Of a stretch of 64,000 bases of DNA, positions 1-12,070 are shown piece after piece. The DNA comes from Hydrolagus affinis (taxonomy: Eukaryota): the NCBI GenBank assembly GCA_012026655.1, contig JAAILG010000290.1, positions 1 through 64,000 of the forward strand, written 5' to 3'. The stretch's first letter is position 1, and each line of letters starts with the position of its first letter. Both the position numbers and the translations under genes were made by a program. Below the pieces are notes generated by a model. That model saw only the letters and a list, made by a program, of their open reading frames with translations, made no database searches and was not told the origin of the DNA.

Positions 1-147
1 TTGTAGTTCAGTGTGCGCGCATTCCAATTTTTTACCTCGATATATTGATTTTTCGATATATCGATATTTTTGAAATGCCTATATCGGCGTATCGATATGA
101 AAATTATATCAGGTTTTAGCGATATATCGATATATCGCCGGACCCTA
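1..147 (-). mobile_element. One end of a non-autonomous hAT-like element (continues outside the window)
   Basis: Ends ...cgatatatcgccggacccta. The reverse complement TAGGGTCCGGCGATATATCGATATATCGCTAAA matches the left end of the TSD-flanked element at 23500. CGATAT subterminal repeats present. Confidence 0.8.
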
Positions 148-2039
148 GTTTGCAGGAGATTCAAAACGCAATACAGTATTTGCAAAGTAGAGTTGGAATT
201 TGGAAACATTGAATTCCACCGGATACTGAAAGTGTATCAGGCTGACCCATTAGGAGCTGTGCTTTGATGTGATCTACTTCCAAACTGGGTCAATTATTCC
301 TGCCCTCCATCCTCATGTTTCTCATGGCTTCATAATTTGTAAATATTATACAAAATTGGGCTGTGAATATCATGGGTTATTTTATCTGTCAATTCATTCA
401 TCAGTGTTTGCTTTTGGAGTCCATCTTTGAAATGCAAAGTGTGCCGCGTTATATCTGGTGTCTTTTAAGAATTGAGTGATTCGGTCTCTGTTTGGGATGA
501 GGCCTTAAAAAATATCAATTTACTATGTGAAGCAGGAAAAGTTCACTTTGTCATTCCAAATGAGAAAGTCATTTCTATTCAAAGGTTTTTCAAAAGTTCC
601 ACAAATATCTCTATACGCACTGTGGAGGTGAAGGATTAATGTCCCTCTAACCTGATCTGGCAGCTTGAAAATCATTACAGTGTGAGCCTGTGAAATACTG
701 TGATTCTTGACGTGTTTTCATGACAACCCTGTCTTGCTTTGAAGACAATTGCTTTTCAGTTGCTGTTTAAATTCTGCCTCCCCAAAACACTGAGGCACTG
801 TGAGACTGTACGTCGATATGGTTCAAAACGCAGCATAGTTCCCTCAACCACATATGCATGTGGTAAATCAAGCAAAGTCATGCAAATGTAACTTATGAAA
901 GAATAAGTTGAGCCGCTAACAGTTCTTCACATCTTTAGCCAGAAACGGCAGCTGTTTCATTTTCGTCTCTGAGCAGGCGTACAGTTATTCAACTGTGGTA
1001 TCTGGCTTTTTTTCAAAATAACAAGGAATAACACACCTGTCAGCACTTGGCAACATAATTGCTCTGTTTTCTTAACATCTTTGCTAACAAATGCACTATT
1101 TTGTGAATTTCCCCTCTTATCTCTAACCAGCTGGATGATAAAGTGCAAAAGCTCTGATCCAGCAGGTGAGCTACCCCTGTTTATCCCTTACTGAACTCCA
1201 TTGTCATTGCACTGTTCATGGCTAGCTTCTCTTTGAGGTACTGTACTTTGTTTGCAACTGATTCATTGGTCTGTGAGCCAGGCAATTGTTTGTTCTTAAA
1301 AGGCTGCTTTTCTTCCTTTTATTGGTCAAACTGAGACTCTCTGCTGTCGTTCATGTCTTTGACACATCTCTTCCAGGCTCAAAGGCATATTTGACACTAA
1401 AGGGATATTTTATCACCCGCCACTCCATGCAGTGAAGAAATACAGTTTCTCCTCCACTTGTGTTCCATATTTGATCAGTTGTCAGTACTGTACTGCTGAA
1501 CAATCTCTACACACAACATTGAAGCTTGCATATGTTTTCTATAACAATCCTTGCATTTGGCATAGTACTTTTTCACGTCGGGAGGTCATCCCAGAGCTCT
1601 TCACAGGATTTTCTATAAAGTGTAGTGACTGTGTATTTGTAGGTGACTGCAACAGCCCAATTGCACACCACTGTTCTACCAACAACCATGAAGATCAATT
1701 TTCTTTGGGGTATTGTTGGCCAGGACACGAGAGAAGTCCATTTTAATTTTGAAAGGGGCCATTTGTTCTTTAACATTCAACACCAACAACAAATTGCATT
1801 TATATAGCCGCTTCATGCGCGGTAGAGTCCTGGAGTGCGTGACTCTTTGTGAGACCTCATGAGTTAGGCTTCATGACCACTTATGAATCCTTGCTGTGTA
1901 AATTTACTCCTGCATTTGCCTATAAACACTTTACAGTAATTCTCCATGACATGTTTTCAGTCGTTTCTTTACTGTCTCTGTTTAAATGTCTCTTTCTATT
2001 TCTGACTCTGACTCCTTAACTAGCCCTTTCTCTCAAGTT

Positions 2040-2472
2040 GACATCTGGTTCAATCCTTAACTTTCTCCTTCATATTCAATCTCTGACCATGACTTCTTTT
2101 CTTCACCTCTGCACAGTGCCTGCTTCTGCCCCCCTTTTCACTCAAAATCCTGCCTGTCTCTGATCTTCTCTCACCCCACTCCTCTACTAGCCCCTGTTAA
2201 CTCAGGCTTCTTGTGCACTCACCACCATTGATGGCCAAGCCTTCAAATGTTACAGGCGTAATCTCTGGCGCTGTCTCCCTCCACTTCTCCATCTCACCCC
2301 TCTCTATCTGTTTATAAATACAACCTTTAAAATCCACCTCTTCTATGGTAGCCTTCCACTTCCACCATCTCTACTCGCTTCTCCATTGCTTGCCATATGA
2401 TCCATCATTCTAAGCCTTTCAGAACACTATCCTAGGTGAAGGACACTATATAAATTCAAGTTGATGTTGTTG
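2040..2472 (+). mobile_element. Degenerate L2-clade LINE 3' fragment
   Basis: C/T-rich ORF2-like relic ending gtgaaggacactatataaattcaagttgatgttgttg, the same tail as L2 copies at 18867 and 56108. Confidence 0.6.
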
Positions 2473-2766
2473 CAATACTGTAATTTTAATTTAGTGAACT
2501 CAATAGAAGTGTGTTTGCTAATCTATCAAAGATGGAACAGCATTGGGAGTGATTTTAATGGGCTACTTAAGGATAATTAATCTTGATCAGACCTTTATTC
2601 AGAACCATGCAATCAGTTAAGTTTAATTTCTCATTCCCACACCACTGAACACACCATCAATCTTGATAAGGTCATCCTGGTGTTTACTGTATTTTTACTT
2701 GTGACCAATGTGTGAGAGCATTACCATCAACCTGCCCAGAGCTTGGACACACATCCCTACATCCCT

Positions 2767-3268
2767 GGAGTCCTGTATCTCAGTGGTTAGAGCACTCTCC
2801 TTACAAGCGTGAGACCTGTGTTCGAATCCAGGCAAGGTCAGGGCGAAACCTTGGGCAAGTTTCCTTACTCCACACGGCCTAATAATAATCTCTCAGAAAA
2901 ACACACAATAATAAAATTAGTCATTTCAATCCATGACTGTTTGTGGGACACTGCTCTGCACATTTGGCTGCCGCGTTTCACCCATAAACAATAATAATAA
3001 TAATACTGGATTAAATTTATAGAGTGTCTTTTTGATATAGCGCTTTTCACATCTTCTAGACATCTCAAAGCGCTTCACAGAATATACTGTAAAGTGAATT
3101 GACTATATTTGTGAGCGAAACGTGGCATCCAATTGCGCACAGCAGTGTCCCACAAACGTGGATTTAAATGACCAATTATCAATTCACTTTACAGTATATT
3201 CTGTGAAGTGCTTTGAGACGTCTAGAAGACGTGAAAAGCGCTATATCAAAATGTAAGGATTATTATTT
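2767..3268 (+). mobile_element. tRNA-derived SINE with an inverted SINE 3' half inside it
   Basis: Head ggagtcctgtatctcagtggttagagc (A box) ...gttcgaatcc (B box). Segment ~2990-3178 is the reverse complement of the SINE 3' half; the forward tail resumes at ~3179. Confidence 0.9.
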
Positions 3269-4564
3269 TTTAAATTTAGTCATAGAACACCCAAATCTGC
3301 TTCCTGCCCTTGCTCCTGATTTTCATGACACTAACCCCAGAGACCTCCCTGCTCTTACCTTTGGTCAAGAGTCCATTGTCCATTTACTTTAAGGTTTGAT
3401 GTTTGAATTGGGTTTCATGTTATGTAAATTTCCATTGTTCATCAATATGCGTGCAGTGAATTTGACAAGAGACCATGAAATCTGATTAGTTAAACCTTAG
3501 TGGCAATGTATGTATGTGAGGAATTTATCAGGACTGATCATGGGAATGTGGTTGTGGATGTGAGTGACTAAAATGGATTGATTGAAGTAATGTGCCTGAG
3601 AATATGTGAGAGGCTGACTGTTTCTTGATTCTGGAGTCATTTAACAGTGATAGGAAGACAGTAGGGTGGGAATTCTGGAAGGATGAGATAAAATGAGCTG
3701 GAGGGCTGGCCTTCTTCATCCAAACCTCCCGTGAAATTGCTAGAAATGTACGAACAATTATTTGAATTCTCAAAGAGAAATTAATATTTTGACTGACACA
3801 GTGGCAGAATGAATGTTTCACTCTCTAGTAACCAGCATTGCCTCAGGTTCAAATCCCTTCTAGAAAAACTGTATTTGACTGTATATGTGATCACCTCACT
3901 CAATTCGGGATCTGAAGAGGAAAATATATATGTATTACAGGTTTCCTATACAGACAGTGTTACACTAGTGCCTCAGTTCCTTATCTGAGGGCATGAAGTG
4001 ATTCCATATTCCTTGTGTGTCAACCTGGCTCAATGGTAGCACTCTTGCCTCAGGGGGGAGGTTCATAGGGAGCCAGCAGGGCGGAGAGGAGTGCTTGCGA
4101 GGGAACCAACCAATTTTTGAATGTCCTTTTTTTTCTCCTTTTTTTCAAAACAAAAAGGCACTCTATAAATTTAATTTTGTTGTTGTTGCTGATGAAGTGA
4201 ACGACCAATTTAATCGGGGGAATTGTTAATTTAAATAGTTATTTGAATTTTAAAATGAATGCTTGAATTCACCGGGTGCAATGACTCACATTAAAAGGGC
4301 ATCTCATTTTATTTTCATTTCACAGCAATCAAAACATCTCATCAGCTTGAAGTCACTGTGAATATTTCATCTGACAGAAATTAAACTGCGTGACATAACA
4401 TTCCTAAAAAAAAGAAAAATGGTTCATAACTAAATGATCAAATTTAAATTACTTATACTTCTCTGCCAACTCTGCAACAAACTGCCAACAATGACTTCAT
4501 ACCCAGAGAATTGACCAGTCAATGGAAATTCAGCTATAAAACCATCTGGTTCTATGGCATTTGG

Positions 4565-4845
4565 ACATTGTGCTTCAATCTATCAGATGCAAAGTTAAAC
4601 CGAGGCCCCCTTTGCCCATGTTAGTGAATCACAGAAATGTTGAAGATTAAACAGAAGCTCTCACATCCTGTCCAATAGTACTCACTCATCCAAACAACCA
4701 CCAAATACTACATTATCCTGTGATTCATCTTTTGGGGCTTTGTGGAACCATGAGCAGATTCACTGTTGCATTTGCATCTTCTACACTTTATTGTGTAATT
4801 GTGTAAAGCACTTTAAGCCATTTCAACAAGATAAGGCGCTCTATC
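4565..4845 (+). mobile_element. Old Deu-domain SINE relic (AmnSINE1/SacSINE1-like)
   Basis: cagatgcaaagttaaaccgaggcccc motif and L2-type tail tgtaaagcacttt...aaggcgctctat. Confidence 0.55.
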
Positions 4846-5504
4846 CGACGCAGTGACTAACTCATAATCCGACAAAATACGGTAGGATCTAATGTGTGGG
4901 TTGGTTTATTGAATGAAATGCATTCAGGTCCACTTAATTACACAACTATGAAACAATGCAAATCACATGGAATCCATATCCCCAGTTGATAATTTACATA
5001 ATTAAAGATACTGTACCTGTAATTACCTCCTTACACCCTTTTACTTATGGTTAACCCAACCTCTATATTTTGTCCATGGATTGTTAACCCAACCCACAAA
5101 TTAAACTCTACTAAAACATTACAATAACATTACAGATTATATTTTGACCCATTAGGTATATGTCATGTCACAATAATTCCCTTACAACAAAGACTAGCCT
5201 TTAGGGTTAAAATAGAGCATACAGTTAAACAGTTAATCCAGCAGTTACAGTAATAGCAACAGTCTCCTTCTTCTTTACCTGTACTCTTCTTCTTAAACGC
5301 TTATTTATGTTGATAATGTTAGCGTGCAGCATAACAGATGAAATTTGCAATCTTGAGGCTGTTTTGACATCAGACTAAACTCATATTGCCCGGTATTAAT
5401 AAAATGCAAAACCTGTTGGCATTGGCGCTCAGGAGACAGGCATTTGTTAGTTGCAGCTCAGTACTGCTCTGACAGCGTTCAGTGGATAAAGTGGATTGAT
5501 GGTG

Positions 5505-5765
5505 TACATTGTGGGCGAAACGCAGAGCAGCCAGTTTATGCACAGCAAAGTCTCACAAACAGCCATGGAGTGAGTGATGATTTTACTTGGAGGATTTGTT
5601 GTCCAGGGCACTGTGAGAAACTCCCTTCTCTTTACAAATTGTGCCATGGGATCCGTAGCATTCACCTAAATAAGCAGCTAAGACCCCAGTCTAACATCTC
5701 AACCGAAAGATGGCACTTCCAATAATATAACACCCCATCCGCCACACTGCATTAGTGTCAGTAAT
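5505..5765 (-). mobile_element. Deu-domain SINE relic (AmnSINE1/SacSINE1-like)
   Basis: aactcccttctctttacaaattgtgccatgggatc...taacatctcaaccgaaagatggcacttcc matches the recalled Deu-domain consensus in reverse; similar to the copy at 47490. Confidence 0.7.
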
Positions 5766-8413
5766 TTTGTTGTTGTTGTTGTTGTTGTTTTGTCTGCAAT
5801 TGAATTCTGCAGACTTTTAAATGGGAGAAAATATTCTGAGCTGGTGTCAGGAAAAAGCAAACTCCACAAATGTTAATGCAAATAAGGCCCACAAAGGGAA
5901 GACATGCTCGTTACACACATGAAATGCCAGAGATGGAAAGCCTTATAATGACCCATTGACACCAGGCGCAGATATGTGTCAATGATTTCCACAGGTAGCT
6001 TGTTCACAGCTGGGCAAATGGAAACACGATAGGGGAAACGTTTGGAAGGAAGCATACCAGCTTTCATGTGTTGAATGTTTCAATGTTTGCAAAGAAGACA
6101 GAGTTTCGTACTTTCAATTCCTGTTAGTTTTGTCTGTTGGCCTTTAGCAAAGTCATTTGGGAGACAGCACCATTTAGCTGTTTCCCAGGAAAGTTGTTGG
6201 TCAGCTGCGGAGCACATTTGTAAAGCTGCACGCTCGGGAAATAGCAAATGTTTCCGGTGAATACATCTTCCGATAATGCAGACAAATATATACTGAACTC
6301 AGATTGACATGTTCTTATCCTAATACATACATACTAATCATGGTTTATAAATATGAAAAGGTCTGTAATGTCATATCCTAAATCATCTTGCACCTTTGAA
6401 GATATGACTCATTTTGTACACTTTTTAAATTGTAAGAAACCAAAAATAATAACTAAGAACATGACAAATGTTATGGTTCATCATGTCCATTCATTCCACA
6501 CACTGTTTACAAAAATAGCAGCTCTGCTGTCATCTCTACTTAAAACCTTTAATCTCCTGTGTAAAAGTTCTGCTGAATGCCTCTCACCCCCATTCCCAAT
6601 GATTTGGAACAAAACTTCAGCATATTTCTTTAACCTTGAATCCTATATCATTATCCTGTCCTGGGTGCCTTCCTTGTGTGAAATATGTATGGTCCCAGAG
6701 CTTACAAACCATTATACAGTATTCAATAAACCACTAGATCACCTCTATCTGTGTGTATCTTTGCTGCCTTCAATTTTGTTGTTCAAATTCATTCATTTTT
6801 TTTCCCTTAAAAAGATAACAGAGTCATAATTACTTTTACTCAGATTTTTTTTCTCTCTGCCTAACCGGTAATCAGGAGTTTTGCAGGTAGGAAATTCCGT
6901 CTAAAGTCTTGCTTGAGGCACGTTAATCTTTTATATTCATGTCTTCTAGTTCTTTGCTGAAATAATCTGCTTGCATCTGCATTTTTTTATGCTGCTCAGC
7001 ATTTTAAAAAGCCTGAATGCTGCTGCCTCTCATTCTTCATTTCTCTGATGACAATGTGCTCAGTTCTCTGAGCCTTTTTTTTCATAACTTGCAGCTGTAA
7101 GTCTTGAAATTAACCTTGTTACTATTCCTTGAATCCTCTCCAATGCATCAATATTCCTTTGAAGGTAGGGTGCCCCCAAACAACGCTTAATATTGCAAAT
7201 GTGGGTTTACCAAAGATCTATGCTGGGATAGAGGAGCTTGTTTCAACCTATGATCGAATGCCCTTGAGTTTAATCCCAGTAGTTGATCAGCTTTGTTGAT
7301 TATAGTTTCAAAGGTTTGGAATAACACTGACTTTCGGCTGGTTTTCAAGTACAACTGTGCTTATGGAGCTCCTAAAATATTAACCAGAGTCTTTCCCCTC
7401 TCCGCCTGCCATCTCTAGGGATGCTAGCTTGTAGGCCATCTGGTTCAGATGCCCTGTAGACATTCCCCTGCTTTACTGACTTTTCCATATGTTATAGATT
7501 TCTACACCATAAATAACTAGATCAAAAAGCTGTCTTTGGACTTCCATTGTGAAGAATTAATTTAAAATACTGCCTGGTCCTCTGCAGCGTCTTATTTTAA
7601 CCCGTTGTACCCTAATTTATGACGGTTTTAAAATCCTTTTGATTTATTTTCTGTCCTTATCCTGAACTATGTCATTGTTTTGCTTAACCACAATTATTTG
7701 TCATCTATGTTATAACAGTATCCCTTTCCAAATTCCATTTCAATGAATCCTGGATGCCCGTTTTATATTTTCCAACAGTTTAGCCACCAATATGTGAAAA
7801 CAATGCTATCTAAAATACTCCATCCCCGTATATGTGTAGTTTCAAATCCCTCTTGCAAACACTACCAACTCCCATAAACTGATCAATCAATCAAAACTTA
7901 CATTTATATAGTGCCTTTCACGTCGAGAGGGTCCCAAGGCGCTGTACAGTTAGGTAGGGACGAGAGCAGTGGGGGAGGGGTCGGGGAAGGACGAAGAAGA
8001 GTAGGAAAATTGACTGTATATTTGTGGACGAAACGCGGCAGACAAATTGCGCACAGCAGTATCATAGTTTACCGCTGCAAGTCTGGAAAATTGTAAAGGA
8101 TTTCTTTTGCCACAAAAGGTATGCATTCACATGATGTACATACTTGTGTTCACAAATTTGACATGTTATACAAACTCGCATTTGATATGAAAGAAATAAC
8201 CCTAATCTCAAGTTATATTCATGATTTACTGAGGAAGGTAGTAATATCAGTGTCTAATTCACAGCAATTCTTAACATCATTTTTTTACTATGGATTCCAA
8301 GTTCAGAAATTGGGAACTCCTTTGGCAAACCCTGAACTCTGCCGCAATGTAAGTTATACTGAAATGTGGTGTATCAGTATGCTGTCAATCCATGGGTCTG
8401 GGGCAGAAATGGG

Positions 8414-8590
8414 CACACACAAACACAGACAGGTAAAAGGCAGTGAGAGACAGACAGAAAGGCACACACACACACATGCATACCCACACTCGTTTTTTGG
8501 TCTTTGACACATGTAGAAACCCATTACCATGGTTAAGAGTACATACACACACACACATACACACACACACATACAAATACTATATGCACA
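8414..8590. repeat. Compound (CA)n/(GACA)n microsatellite
   Basis: Direct reading of CA runs. Confidence 0.85.
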
Positions 8591-9534
8591 AATATAGAAA
8601 TCCACAATCTAGATTGTTTTGGAGCCAATGGAGCCAGTCCAAATTAGAGCAGATATCACGTTCTCTGCTGTACCTTTGGAATGAAGTTCCCACACATCGC
8701 TGGGAATGCAAAGGAGACTCTGCTTTAAGACATATGGCAAATTGGACTTCAATGGCTTTAATATTATTGTGCAAACTCTCACATCCATGTGAACAACTAG
8801 CAATGAACTTGTTGAACTTTTCTGGACACCACCTCCCCTCACTTCAACCATGGTCTGCGGTTAAATGTTACCAGATTTTAATAGCTCTGCAATAATATCT
8901 ACGATCTAATCTCATGGATTTGACATTTGTGCAGGATCTTTCTCTTTATACATTTGCTTGTAATGACAGGGAGTAAAACATGTGATCTTGCCTTGTGCCA
9001 GATAATACCCAAGATTAGATCATAATTCAATACCGGAGGCTTCTGTTCAGGAGATCTGTAAATGAAGACTTTTACAGATGGTTTGATCTTTTTTTAAAAA
9101 AGACTCTTTATTCTATTTAATTTCCATATCAGATCCACTGTAATTTTAACCCACTTGCACTCTTCATACAATGACCTATAATAAAAATAATCGTTGCATT
9201 TGATGTAGCGCTTTTCACGTCTTCTTGACATCTCAAAACTCTTTGACCTGATGAGGTTTGAGTCTACAAGCACTTATTATTACTGTATAGTACTACACTG
9301 GGCACTTGTTACTTTTGTTTTTCTTTGCTTTCAGCAGGGTTGAAGCTTAATACTGATCGCCAGCACAATCCATATCTTGCACAGTACTTGATTCCCCCTG
9401 AAGTATCTAAACTGGACTATTATCACAGTAACTTTGTCAGAATTTCATCTGCCATTGATCACAATTAAATGGCATAATTTTAAATGATGGTTAAAAAAAA
9501 AACGAGACGACACATTAGATTGCTAGTAAGTATA

Positions 9535-10504
9535 CAGGTATCCCTCCCCAACCACGGGGGATACGTTCCTGTAAACCTTCGCTGTTGGAAAAATTGCGGT
9601 TGGAAAATGCAGGCAGGGCCCTATGGGAAACATGGGGTTAGGGGAAGTACGTTTGCTTTTTCATTGGGAAATGCAACATAACATGGGGATACGGGGAGTA
9701 AGTTTGCGTTTAGTAAAACTAAACACAAAAAAACACATACGATTATAACATACATGGGGATAGGGGGAATAAGTTTGGGCACATCTGCAGCAATCCGCGA
9801 GACAGGCTGTGTGACTGACTGACTGACTCTACACACAGAGAGAGAGAGAGAGAGACACAGAGGGTGGGGGGAGGGGGGGTGACATGAAGGGCTGGGGGGG
9901 TGGTGGGAGGCTGTCCGACTGATCTACTGAGAAAGAGACACGGACGGTGGTGGGTGGGGTGACACGGAGGGCTGAGGGGGTTGTCTGACTGACTGATACA
10001 GATAGATACATAGAGAGAGGGGGAGAGGGCGGGGAAGAGAAGTTGAGTCAGAGAGAGAGAAGGTGAGTCAGAGAGAGAGAAAGTGAGAGAGAGAGGTGGG
10101 GGAGGGGCGGGGTAGGGGGAAGAGAAGGTGAAATAGAGAGAAGTGTTGTATTTACCTTAATCCTAGGAGAGAAGCGTTGTCGCTAGATGATTGCAACATA
10201 ACGACTGGGTCCTAGTGCTATATGCAAGCTGTTCGCACACACACAGTACTTGTAGATCCACGAGTGCAGCTAGACCACGTGGGGTAGTAAGGATGCTGAT
10301 AGGCGGGAAACGTGGAGCGGATGAATACACACCAATACGCGGATGAATACGGTCCCTTGTTTGGAGGAGTGAAACTTGAAAATTTATACCGCGGATGTAA
10401 ATTGCGGACGCGCAAAACGCGGTTTGCGAGGGTTGTCGCATTTAGCAAACCACGGATGCCTGCGTTTCATGGTTAGCGAGGCCACGGTTGGGGAGGGATA
10501 CCTG
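9535..10504. mobile_element. Complete non-autonomous Tc1/mariner (Tigger/pogo-like) element, 970 bp
   Basis: Perfect 19-bp TIR CAGGTATCCCTCCCCAACC at both ends, TA on both flanks (9533-34, 10505-06), no transposase ORF, internal GA/G-rich tract. Confidence 0.92.
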
Positions 10505-11177
10505 TACTGAATCCTGAGCTACATCTCTCAGATTTTTATTTCTGGCTATACAGACAGTTCTCCAGCTTTGTTGGTAGATGAGACAGAGATGAACTAGTTT
10601 GTCAGACTAACTGTCTCTGAGTGACATGGAACTAAGTGTGCTTTAAGTGACATGTTCTTTGCACATAGTCTTCTGAGATGCAATCCTGGGGAAATCATGT
10701 ACAGCACATAAATATTGACCCTTTCTGCTGGGCTCCAATTAGTAGTTTCGGGGTAATTTGTCAGCATCCACAGCCTTTTGCAGAACTACAGATAAAGTTG
10801 ATCATTCACTTCATAGCGGTTTGTAGACATTGATGGATGCAACAAGACTGCTTACAAATTCTGTCACCACACCATACAGAAGAACCCTGTGAAGTGTTCT
10901 GAAAGTTTCAAGACACTTGTTAAGTACAAGGATTATTATACACTGTGTAGAACTACTAAAATAAAGCATTGTTTGCTTCCTTCACACACATTCGTCAGTA
11001 GGAAAGCATTCATATGGAATCCGAGATGTCTAAAAGCCCCCTTTTCCTTTAAAATATTACAGAAATATCGACAAAAAGGATGCCGCCCTTTATTTTATTA
11101 TAGACCTCAATTGAACCAAGCCCAAAATGTAATCAACAGGTAGAAAGACAGTCTAGAAAGTGATGAAGGTAAAGGTT

Positions 11178-11322
11178 TAATAATAATAAGAAGAATCCTT
11201 GCATTTGATATAGTGCTACTCACGTCTTCTAGACGTCTCAAAGCGGATCATTTCATCCTACCCGGAATCGAATCCAGGTCTCTTGCTTTCGAGACAATTG
11301 TTCTAACCACTGAACTATAGAG
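11178..11322 (-). mobile_element. Internally deleted tRNA-SINE (head joined to tail)
   Basis: Reverse tail aatccttgcatttgatatag... followed closely by reverse tRNA head ggaatcgaatccagg...ctaaccactgaactata. Confidence 0.75.
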
Positions 11323-11789
11323 TACAAGTGCCACATCAAATGTAAGGATTATCATTGAAAACTCACTAAACAATGTAAGTTTTTATGTCTTCAACAAGAG
11401 AATGCTATAACACTCTGAACCCTAATTTGGGAGCCCTGGAATGTTTAAATAAAGTTAATGGATGCAGTGTCTTGTCAATCATACTCACAAAGGTGACTCC
11501 CGTAGATTCATGCACGTACTTATCTAAGGTCTGTTTGGCCTTTAAGAATCATTTATATTAGTACAGTACTGAATAAGTACAGTAATAACTTTGGGATATT
11601 TCCTTTGACATTTGGATTCAACATCGCTCACAAAATATACAGTCAAACCACTTTACCAAATATCATGTGAAGCACAGCAAATCATATACAAGGATTATTA
11701 TTATAGAAAATAAATCAAAGTTGCAAAATGCCACAGGGTTCTCAAGTCACAAACCTCCTTGTAGTTTACAAATTTACCAATCTACTATA

Positions 11790-12070
11790 ATTTACATTTA
11801 TGTAGTACCTTTCAGGTTAGGAGGATATCTGTAAGTGCTTCACAATGCTGGCTCGGCACCTGAGTTGGTACGGTTGAGGTATGGTCAAAGAGTCTTCAGA
11901 CAGTCCTTGAGTAAGGTGAGGGAGGGGTCAAAATGGAGGGATGGAGTTCCAGAGAGTGGGGGCAGAATGGCTGAACACTGCCCACCAATGGTTGGGGGTG
12001 GGAGGGGAATAGGGCGGGGGAAATGAAGCAGGCCAGTATTCGGTCAGTGAAGGGAGCAGCCAGGTCAATA
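11790..12070 (-). mobile_element. Degenerate L2 3' fragment
   Basis: ggagttccagagagtgggggcagaatggctgaac...ccaatggt is the reverse of the IGG-AFS--APTLWNS-coding region of L2 ORF2. Confidence 0.65.

Noticed and set aside
847-864. Palindrome accacat-atgc-atgtggt
   Set aside because: 7-bp arms are expected by chance in 64 kb.
6353-6829. 158-aa ORF
   Set aside because: No recognisable domain; partly overlaps what looks like an antisense degenerate CR1 fragment.
8121-8895. Overlapping ORFs with HT/CV runs
   Set aside because: Kept open by the CA microsatellite.
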